Shown: positions 1-11,046 of the stretch, one piece after another
Numbering within the stretch: the stretch's first letter is position 1
How the letters are laid out: the number at the start of each line of letters is the position of its first letter
Assembly (NCBI RefSeq): GCF_001194135.2
Contig: NC_068989.1
Span: 1,972,458-2,036,457, forward strand
Direction of reading: 5' to 3'
Length of the DNA stretch: 64,000 nt
Source: Octopus bimaculoides
Taxonomy: Eukaryota
Position numbers and translations under genes: made by a program
The notes under the pieces: model-generated
Told to the model about the DNA's origin: nothing
The model's database searches: none
Seen by the model: only the letters and a program-made list of their open reading frames with translations

Positions 1-677
1 ACCTGCCCAAAATAGGTGAGTGGAGAAATACTAGGTAACTCATGTGGAAGAATAATCGAAGACGAAGATCAAAGAAAACATGGGCTGAGGTGATAATGGC
101 TGATCTCTCAAGAAGTTGTTCTGGTTTCATACCTTCTCTTCCTGCCACTTTGCCAACTTTGGTGCAAATATTCTTAGTAAATGATTAAATGATGATTCCA
201 TGATAATATAAAACAGATATCACTTCTTTATCATTGTTATCAGCATTGTGTTATGGGTCATTGAAGACAGGTGTGGGGGAGAGGTGGGGGTGGGGGTGGG
301 GGTGCAGATAACATAAAGGACAGACTCTGGTTGCTGCCTCTCTTCAGGTAAGAATGGCTATCATCTTTATCTGTAATCTTGACCTTTCACCTCTGTCTCA
401 ACTACATTGTTACTATCACTGCACAATGTGAGAAAAGGAAGGAGCCTATGCTAGAAACACCAGCCAGACCTCTCTCTCTCTCATACCACAACCTACTATA
501 CTTGAAGCAAAGGCAAGATGGTCATGGCTGGAATACCTTTGATCATAGGTCCGCTTGATTGAGGTTTGCCAGCAGTTAAACAACAGCGACCATAACCCAC
601 CACCACCATGTCAGCAACAGCACCAAAACAACCTTCAACATGACCACCACTACGACCACCACTACAATCACTACCAC

Positions 678-740
678 CACACACACACACACACACACGC
701 ACACACACACACACACGCACACACACACACACACACACAC
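678..740. repeat. (CA)n microsatellite
   Basis: Directly visible. Confidence 0.9.
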
Positions 741-1620
741 AAATGCTTAACTTTCAATCTGGATGAGCTTGGATTTTGAGAAAAAGCAATCAACCTCCTA
801 ACTCTCCCATTACAAATACAATCTGTCAGTGGAACAATAAAAATGTGCAAGACTTTTCTCAAATTTAAAACGTGACATTGTTTTCGTTATCTCCATTCCT
901 ACGATGGAGCTTTGTATCTTTGTTAGAGACCAGCTCCTTCCTCAGAAGAATTCAAATAATTAAAACAGGTGACCCATCCACCAAAGTGTTCCTAAAGGCA
1001 CACTATTCACGTCCCTGCGACTCATCTCCCTAATACCCCTCCCTCCCTCCACCCACGTTCACTACCCTTTGCATTCCATTCCCCTCTGTCTCCCACCCCA
1101 CTTCATTGCACACAATGTGTCTCTGATGAATCTCTCTCTAGCTCCCCCACCACCACCATAACATATCTTCGGGTTTCGGTTCGTGTAAGTTGGCACTAGG
1201 GATTTAGCATTGCTGATACTGTGCAAATCTCATTTAATGAAGGATATTTTGGCACTGAAAATATTTTGTTTTCTTCTACATATATTATTATTTGAAACAG
1301 TTCCATTTGGCTTCATGCGATTTCAATCTTCGCAGTCTTCTAACAGAAATCGAGCTCATCCAGGCTCAGATTACCGTTTTCTTCGACATAGCAACCAGCT
1401 GCCTTTTTACTAGTAGAGCTATGAACCTCTGTAGAAACTAGAGATGCTCATATTACCAATAGAAAAACTACGTATAGTTGTATTTTTTTATTGTCAACAT
1501 AGTAAACCTTTTCTTATTAAAACAATATTTCTCGACACTATATTTTATGTCAGGCGAAGGGAGATAACTCAATGCTTTATATTCATTCCTATGAATTTTC
1601 AATCTTGCTTTCTCTCTAAG

Positions 1621-2030
1621 GCGGCGAGTTGGCAGAGACGTTAGGACGCCGGGTGAAATGCTTAGCAGTATTTCGTCTGCCCTTACTTTCTGAGTTCAAA
1701 TTCCGCCGAGGTCGACTTTACCTTTCATCCTTTCGGGGTCGATAAATAAAGTACCAATTACACACTGGGGTCAATGTAATCGACTTAATCCGTTTGTCTG
1801 TCCTTGTTTACCCCCTCTATGTTTAGCCCCTTGTGGGCAATAAAGGAATAAGAAACGTTAGGACGCCGGGCGAAATGCTTAGCGGTGTTTCGTTTGTCCT
1901 TACGTTCGATTTTGCCTTTTATCCTTTCGGACTCGATAAAATAAGTACCAGTTTCGCACTGGGGTCGATGTAATCGACTTACCCATTTGTCCGAAATTGC
2001 TGGCCTTGCGCTAAAATGTGAAACCATTAT
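1621..2030 (+). mobile_element. tRNA-headed SINE family A, a full copy plus a tandem partial copy
   Basis: Head GGCGGCGAGTTGGCAGA, B-box-like GAGTTCAAATTCC, core CCTTTCATCCTTTCGGGGTCGATAAA...AGTACC...TGTAATCGACT, repeated across the window. Confidence 0.75.
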
Positions 2031-2443
2031 AAATGTAAATATTTAAACATTTTCATCTCTGAAGGGAAGATTAAATACTCCCAAAAATGATAATTGTATA
2101 TCCTTTGTAATTCAACAATGGAGTTATTCCTGGCCTTAATAAGATTAAATGAACTGAGCTTTATTAAGATTAAAACGCGTAGGTTCACACCAGTCGAAAA
2201 ATCATACAGCTGACTATGTTGTGTCCCTATATGTCGTGTAACTTAGCAATCGGATTATTAGCGATCGACAAAATAAGTACTACAAGCTCTGGGGCTCGAA
2301 CGTGTGCTCAGAACGGCAAAATGTCAAAAAAGTTTCAGATATGACAAGGAATATGATTGCAGAAAGTATGTAAGACGAAACCAATGCCACTTGATATTTA
2401 TATATATTCAATATAAGAATATTATAAAAAAGTGCAAAAGCCA

Positions 2444-2517
2444 AGGCTCCAGGGGGATTCGAACCCTCGACCTCCAGTTTACTAGACTGGCGCTCTAACC
2501 ATCTGAGCTATGGAGCC
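2444..2517 (-). tRNA. tRNA-Thr(AGT)
   Basis: Reverse complement folds as a cloverleaf: GGCTCCA/TGGAGCC acceptor, GCTC/GAGC D-stem, CCAGT-CTAGTAA-ACTGG anticodon arm (AGT), GAGGG-TTCGAAT-CCCCC T-arm with one A-C mismatch, discriminator T. T4 and T6 runs downstream fit a Pol III terminator. Confidence 0.93.
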
Positions 2518-3053
2518 GCCACGAATTAGTGAGCTCTGTTTGATAAATTAATTTGTGAGAGAGAGACACAGCGAACTTTTAACTCAAGCTGCCGTGCGGG
2601 ATGTGTGTCAATATGGATGTGTACCTATATTTGTACGTGTGTAAATGTGTGTGCGTTTTCAGGTATGTGTGTGTAGGCTACAAAAAATTATTATTTGGTT
2701 TTTGTATTTAAATTTTGAAGATATGATTATTTTTATTGTAATTTTCAAAACTGAATTCTATTTTTATCAAATCGAATCACTTCTTGCTAAATATCACCCA
2801 CCAAATAAAACGCGGCACTAAATTTGCATCAGCAACAACGTTGTTTATCATTTAATCCATGTTTTTTATTTTTACACGGGCATAAACTATGTTTGGCGAT
2901 TTAATATTTTGTTTTTATTTTCATGACATCGATAATCTTTCTCGTTTCATTGATTAGAAATTCGAAAATATCAGAGTTAATTAGTCACAGCTCAGCTTCA
3001 CAAATATTAATTAAAAACTTCCACAAGTGCCTCCTTAATTGGCGTATGCTAAT

Positions 3054-3083
3054 CCGGATGTCACTCTTTCCCGCCGGATGTCA
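3054..3083 (+). promoter_or_regulatory. Tandem ETS-type sites (CCGGATGT x2) in the putative GTDC1 promoter
   Basis: CCGGATGTCA at 3054 and 3074, exactly 20 bp apart, about 150 bp upstream of the ATG; matches the ETS core CCGGAWGT. Confidence 0.4.
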
Positions 3084-3222
3084 ATTACATTATGTTTTCA
3101 TTTTCAGTTCCCCATGTGAGTGCTGGAGCTTGTAAATTCAAAATGTTTTAATACACCGTGGGGTAGTTTTTGCTGGATACAGCAGTTCATATGCTGACAC
3201 ACTGTTCCTATTTATTTACACA

Positions 3223-3404
3223 ATGACTATAATTTTGTTGGAGGCCTTTTACGGCGGTTCTCATAAACAATTGATTGATTATTTAGCCACAAACATACCT
3301 AAATGTTGCGTTTTCAAGTTACCGGCCAAAAAATGGCATTGGAAAGCGAGAACATCTGCTTTACATTTTAGTGAAGTTATACCAGAGAATGAAAACAACT
3401 ACAG
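3223..3404 (+). CDS. GTDC1: GTDC1 coding exon 1
   Basis: [20 protein letters not shown]...ENENNY; donor AG|gtttgt. Confidence 0.92.
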
Positions 3405-4289
3405 GTTTGTTGTGTCTTATAGACGAAATTAAATTTCTTCAATTACATCTGATCGACTCATAACAAGCGTGCAGACACAAGTTGTCGTCAGCTGTTATGA
3501 AACTAGTATTGTTTTGAGAAAGTTCATAAACTGGGACATGTTCGTATGTCTTGAGGAAGGGAAGACATCTGACCTTTCGCAACACTTTTCATCTCGTATA
3601 ATAATTAATTAGTGGAAGATTGCCTTAATTAGCTTCTTAATTGTCTTAATAATTAGTTTCTAGATACTTGGTAATCGAATAATTCCGTACATATTTATAT
3701 ATGTCCAGTATTCAATATAGTAGTTGTATATTGTTTTAATATAATTGTAATACGTGTTCAGTTTTAATATTGTTATGTAATAAGACTCACTTATATAATG
3801 TATATAATAGAACTTGACCATAATACATATTTTATCTTGTTTCAATCATTAGCCTGCGACCATGCTGGTGCAACGCTTCGAGGAATTTTAGTGAAACATT
3901 GATCCCAGAACTATTTTCTTTTAAAGCTTAGTATCTGTTCTATCGGTTTCTTTTGTGGAACCGCTAAGTGACGGGGACACAAAGACAACACCGGTTGTTA
4001 AGCAGTGATGTGACATGCATGTATGTGTGTGCGAGTATATATATAACGGGCTTCTTTCAGTTTCCGTCTACTAAATCCACTCAAAAGGCTTTGGTCGGCT
4101 CAAGCTATAATAGAAGATACTCGCTGAAGGTGCCATACAGTGGAACTGAACGCGGAACCAAGTTTTCATTAAACTAGTTACTTGTCCAGTAAGAAGCTTA
4201 CTTCCCAACCACATAATTCCGGGTTCAGTTTCACTTCTGACGACCAAAGCTTTGCGAGTCAATTTGGTAGAACCTGAAAGAAGCCCGTC

Positions 4290-4324
<35 letters not shown>

Positions 4325-7300
4325 CATCATCATCGTTTAACGTCCGCTTTCCATGCTGGCATGGGTTGGACGATTTGACTGAGGACTGGCGAACTAGATG
4401 GCTGCACCAGGCTCCAATCTGATCTGGCAGAGTTTCTACAGCTGGATGCCCTTCCTAACGCCAACCACTCCGAGAGTCTAGTGAGTGCTTTTATGTGCCA
4501 CCGGCACGAGGGCCAGTCAGGCGGTACTGGCAACAGCCATGCTCAAATGGTGTTTTTTACGTGCTACCTGCACGGGAACCAGTCCAGCGGCACTGGCAAC
4601 GATCTCGCTTGAATATTTTTTATGGCCACCGGCACAAGTGCCAGTAAGGCGACGCTGGTAACGATCACACTCGAATAGTGCTTTTCACATGTGTGTCTGT
4701 ATTTGTCCCCCCACCCCCCCAAAAAACACAACTGATGATTAGCGGTTTGGCAAAAGAGACTGATAGAATAAGTACTAGGCTTAGAAAGCATTTCATCCCT
4801 TCCGAGGTCAATAAAATAAAGTACCAGTCAAGTACTTGGGCGAATGTAATCATCTTGCCCCCTCCCTTCAAAATTGCTGGCCTTGAATCCTGCAGTGAGC
4901 CAGTGTCTCATTCAGGGGCTATGTTGTGATGTTGTGATTTGGTCACTCAGATGCCATGGAACCTAAGTAACAGGTCTTCTGCTTCATAGCGCTGAAGAGA
5001 GAAAAAAATAAAACCAAAGAACTTAATGTCACTGGAAAGTGAATAATAATACAAAATAAGAATTTTAATGTCCTTTTTTTCCCTTCTTTTTCCCCAGTTC
5101 CTTATTTACAAGTTCCGTATTGAACCTTGCTGAATTGGTAGCACTGCGTCCTGATTTGGCTCGACTTCATAAAGTTATCTATTTTCATGAAAACCAACTA
5201 ATTTATCCTGTCAGGAAAGAACAGACCAGGGATTTTCAATATGGGTACAATCAGATTTTATCATGGTAAGCACATTCTAATTATTATTACGATTATTAAA
5301 GCAGAACTAGTTAAGTACTAGTTATCTGTCTGCGTTGACTTCTCTGGAGTAGATTTATTCAACCCTGCTTTCTCCTTATAGATTTGTAACTTTGTGCAAA
5401 AATTCATTATTGTTTAGGAATGGAGAATGGAGTATACTTTGTGTTAACTGTTGTAAGAATGTATTATATTTAATAGGATACACTACCTGTGTGTTTCAAT
5501 TTAATTACAATGTAATCAAACATTTTAAGAGGTTTAAAGAAACAACAGAGTTTTTCGTGATTAAGTTGGTGCTTCACCACCTCATCCCATGTCTTCTTGG
5601 GTCTACCTCTACCACAGGTTCCCTCCACAGTTAGAGATCAGCACTTCTTTACACAGGGGCTTTCCCTGTTTTCATATCCTTAATTGCTTTATCTACCAAG
5701 AAATACTTAACAATTTTTCTTTTTTTTTCTATTCATTAATGAGGGTTTATTGAAGCTGAAATATTGATAATAACTTTTGGTTTGTTTTACCTTTTTCCCT
5801 CTGCTTTGCCATCAATCTGACACATCTCAATTTATACTTTCAACAGTGTTGTTGCTGATGTTGTAGTGTTCAACTCTGAATTCAATAAGAACACATTTCT
5901 ACAGAACATCAACAGATTTCTCAACATCATTCCTGATTATCATCCAAAGAATCTCATGAAAAAAATCATGCCAAAGTGCCGAGTCCTATATTTCCCGTTA
6001 TCCTTTCCTGACTGTCCAACAGAAAGCTTGCTAGAAAACAAATACTCCCATTTAACCCACGGCTGCATGATGGATAAATGCTTAGAGAAAGTTTTGAAAG
6101 AAACTGAAGAATGTGGCTCATCCTCAACACTTACAGAACAAATATCTGAGACGAACAATGAAGTCTTGATCAATGGAAGACAAGATGAAATTTTGACTAA
6201 TGGCACTCATTCTGCAGTTGATTGGCAAAATACTGTAGATTACATCAGGGATAAAACTTTGGAACCAGAGATATTGCTATCTGTTCAAGAGAATGGTAAA
6301 ATATTACATATTGTTTGGCCTCATCGTTGGTAAGTAAATAATTTTGGTTAGATTGTTATATCTTCTCAAATAAATATTTTTAACTAATTCGTTTTTAACA
6401 GTCAAGCTTGAAGTACATAAAGCTATAAATAAGAGTGTGTAAATATTCTTTTCTACTCTAGGCACAAAGCCTGAAATTTTGGGGCAAGGTGCCAGTCAAT
6501 TGATTAACCTCAGTACGCAACTGGTACTTAATTTATTGACCCTGAAAGGATGAAAGGCAAAGTTGACCTCGGCGGAATTTGAACTCAGAACATAAAGACA
6601 GACAAAATATCGCTAAGCGTTTCACCCAGTGTGCTAACGTTTCTGCTAGCTTGCCACCTTATAGTGTGTAAATATTGGGTTAAAAGACCCCTTTGAATAG
6701 GAAAAGCTGAAGGCTACCCTTGAAACTCAAATTCACATCTACTGTAAGCATGACAGGCATTCTACCACCATGGGGCCAAAGCAATCCTTCAAAATTCTTT
6801 ATGCATTTGAGAAACTTTGTCTTACCAAATTTGTTTATTGGAACCATTATTTACATGCTGTCATTTATAGCTTTCTCTATTTTGGGTTCAACGATTAAAA
6901 TGAATTATTTCATTTGGATTTCAAGTTTTAGCACAAAAACAGCAAGTTCAGGGTGGGGAGGGTGTTGGGGTGGTTAAGTCGATTACACGAACCACAGTGA
7001 TTGAGTGCTGCTCATTTTATTGACCCCTGAAAGGATGCAAGGCCAAGTCAATCTTTGCAGAATTGGAACACAGAATGCAAAGCTGGATGAAATGCCGCTA
7101 AGCATTTCGCCTGGCGTGACCATGATTCTGCCGGTTTGTTACCATAATCATAACTGATGCTACCATTCACTGCAGTCTTTTCTAGGAGCCTGGTGCAGCC
7201 TTCTGGCTTGCCAGTCCTCAGTCAAACCGTCCAACTCCTCTCAGCACACATTACCAGCTCCTACATATTTCCAAATCTACTTCTGAGATGGTTCTGGGAA

Positions 7301-10300
7301 TTTGTAATCTATAAATAACACATTGCTCTTTACCATGTAACCCTTGAACTCACAATCCTGGGGTTGATGTAATCGATGTAGGCCTTGTGCCAAAATATGA
7401 AACCAATGTTAGTTATGGTTGACCCATTTAATTAGTGCTACTTTGAAAAACACAACACGTTAAAGTGTATTGATGATGATGATGGACATTCTAAAAACTT
7501 TTTTTGTCAGGGAACATGATAAAGATCCAGAAAGATTCTTTAATGTTTTGAATTGGCTCCATGAAGAAAATTTTGATTTCTGGGTTTCTGTTATTGGCCA
7601 AAGCTTTTCTGAAGTTCCAGGTAATTACTCTAATGTTTAATTAACGTAAGTATTGTATTTCTTTTTAGAAGAATGGGTTGGTAGGCTTGGCACTCCATCA
7701 GTTATGATGTTGAGGGTTCCAGTTGATTCGATCAACCAAACAGCATGCTCATGAAATTGACACGCATACCCTTGATGTAGTTTTCAAGGAAGTTCAGTGA
7801 GACATAGAATGTAACAAGGCTGGTCCCTTTGAATTACAGGTTCAACTCATTTTTGTCAGCTGAGTGGACTGGAGCAATGTGAGATACAGTGTCTTGCTCA
7901 AGGACACAATGTATATGCTGGGAATTGAACTCATGACCCTATGATCTTGAGTCAAATCCCTTTATGGGACTCATTGGCTTAATAACCAAATTGTAAATTT
8001 ATCTTGGTGTTTTAACCCATTAGGTCCCACGGTCCTATTTATAAGACACTAAATGAAATTATTAAATAAGCTATATCACATTATCTCAGTGTCCTATTTA
8101 TAGGACACCGAGTATTTCCATTTCTACTTGAAGTAAAGGAGTTTTAATAATTATTTTTTTCATTTTAACCTATTTTCAATCATCTGTAAAAATTTTAAAA
8201 TAATATTCAGAAATTTTCATTTGTGTATTATGAGCCATCAAAGGAGCTTCTAAGTGGTTATTTGACTTGCTAGAAACAGCAGCCAAATCTTTCTGTCATC
8301 TCAAATAAAGACAATCATCATCATCATCATTTAACATCCATTGTCCATGCTGGCATGGGTTGGACTGTTTAACAGGGCTGGTAAGCTGAGGGGCTGCACC
8401 AGACTCTAGTCTGATTTGGCATGATTTCTACAGCTGGATGCTCAACCTCTTTACAGAATGTGCCTCAGTGCTTTTACATGGCACAGCTGTGAGTATTTTA
8501 CACCACCAGAGGATCAGTCTTAACACTTCTGAATACTTCTACTTGAATATCTTTAATCATAAGTCTGTACAATCAGGATTAACCTGGGTTTAAACAACAT
8601 CATATATTTTGTGCATAAATAGAGATATCTTATGAAAACTGCCACATGCTGAATAAAGAATGGGAAGAATAGCAAAAAAAAAAAAAAGAAATTCAGTATT
8701 TTGTCTTTAACTTAAAATAATCATTTAATAAGATCTTTCATTCATATATTTCAGATGTTTTTATACAATCAAAGGAAAAATTAAAAATTCATCTCAAAAC
8801 TTGGGGATTTGTTGACGACAAGAAAGATTATTATGAAATTCTAAAAACGGCAGATGTTGTTGTCTCCACTGCAAAACATGAATTCTTTGGAGTATCAATG
8901 TAAGTATATGTGCTTTTTCATTTTTCTTTGATCACCATCACATCTAATATCTTTGGGATCTGCCTCAAGTGTCTCATCAGATAAAAAAAACCCTAATTGT
9001 GAAGGTTTTTTTTTTCATGTTTGCCATGTAATATCTTTACCTCTCATCTGTACAGTTGGGTAAATAATATTGCTTTCAAATTTTTGCACAAGGCTAGCAA
9101 GTATGGAGAAGGGGGTAAGTCGATTACATTGACCCCAGTGTATTACTGGTATTTATTTTATTGACCCTGAACGGACGAAAGGCAAAGTTGACTTTGGCAA
9201 CATTTGAACCCAGAGTGTAAAAATTGGTTGAAATACAATGAAGTATTTCGCAAGGCATACTAATGATTTTAATGCTATGCATTTCATCATCATCATCATT
9301 GTTTAATGTCTGCTTTCGGTGCTGGCATAGGTTGGACAGTTTGATTGAGGACTGGCAAGCCAGAAGGCTGTACCAGGCTCCAATCTGATCTGGTAAGGTT
9401 CCTACAGCTGGATGCCCTTCCTAACGCCAACCTTTGGACTCTATGTGGACTCAAGTGTACTTGGTCTTCAGTTGCTCTCTCCTCCTTCTGGATGCTGAAC
9501 TGGATCTCATGTTCTATTTCTTAACTGAACCTACCATTACAACTAAGACAATTTAGTGTCTATGTCAGTAGTAACAGACAACCAAATGAGAGGATGTCAG
9601 CCAGATTCAGGAACTGGCGATGTACTGTTTCTGTGACTAAGGCCATCAACTCTGAAGTGGTGTTGCGGGGTTGATAAAGATAACCGCTATAAGCTGTGGG
9701 AGCATAGTAAAACTGACAAGTGTTTTGTGGGCTTGTAGTAGTGAGTTAGGGTTCTGGCTGAAGCGAAGGTTAGCTGAAATACACTGTTGTCATATCGGGT
9801 GGTGGTTGGGTGGGGTGTCAATGTCTCTCATCTTATGACTTTATATTCTCTTGAAAACCCAAAGATAAGAATCTATGGAAGTGCAGGGAAAAATAATCCT
9901 CCCCCCATCACCACCACCACCACCATCATATATCTATATTTCCTGCTGGCATGGTTTGGACAGTTTGACAGGATCCATATTCTACACCAAGACAAACCTT
10001 TCAGTTGTGTTCCAATATTGTTGTTCTTGGTGTTGACGTTATTTTCAATTTTATTGCTCCAGGCTTGAAGCTGTTTATTATGGCTGTTACCCTCTCTGTC
10101 CAAATAAATTAGTTTATCCAGAAATATTTCCACGTAAGTATCTTCCAAGTATTATTGTCTTATAATGTAACTTCTTACAACACTTTGCTTCCATGCTTAA
10201 TGTCTAACTTTAACTGAAATTCTTTATCGTATCTTATTGCTATTGATTTTCTATCAATGATAGACCAGACAAATATACTTCCCATTGGGTGCATGTTTTC

Positions 10301-11003
10301 AAACCTCATTTTATTATAATTAATATTAATATTGTAATTAAGGTGAAAGCAGTGAGCTGGTAGAGTCTTGAGCATACTGGACAAAATGCTCAGTAGCTTT
10401 TAGTCTAGCTTTATGTTCTGGGTTCAAATTCCACCAAGGTTGACTTTGCCATTCATCCTATCAAGGTTGATGAAATAAGTGCCAGTTGAGCTCTGAGCTC
10501 AATGTAATTACTATCGCCCTTCTCTAGTGCTCCCTCTATCCAAGACCACTATTGACCTTCATTATTCTCTCGCATCACCCTTCTCTACTGCCAGCCATCA
10601 CTCCCGCTTATCAGCACCCTGGCTGTCTCTTACCACTTCTGTGACTATCCATAGCATGGATCACTCTCTGACTAGTAAACATCACTGCTTCTCTTTTATT
10701 ACTCATTACCATAAAGGAGAGAGACAGATGCATGCACGTGAAGGGCTTCTACCCATTTCATTCACAAGGCATTGGTCAGCCTGGGGCTATAATAGAAGAC
10801 ACTTGACCAAGGTGCAACGCAATGGGAATGAACCTGAAACCTTGCGGTGGGGAAGTAAACTTCCTAAGCACACAGCCATATTAAATACGGAAATACCAAC
10901 TGTTAAAGCCTATATTCTTCTCCCGATCAGATATCTATGTATGTATATGTATGTGTGTGTTTGTGTGTATATGGGTGTGTGTGTATATGTATGTGTGTGT
11001 ATA

Positions 11004-11046
<43 letters not shown>

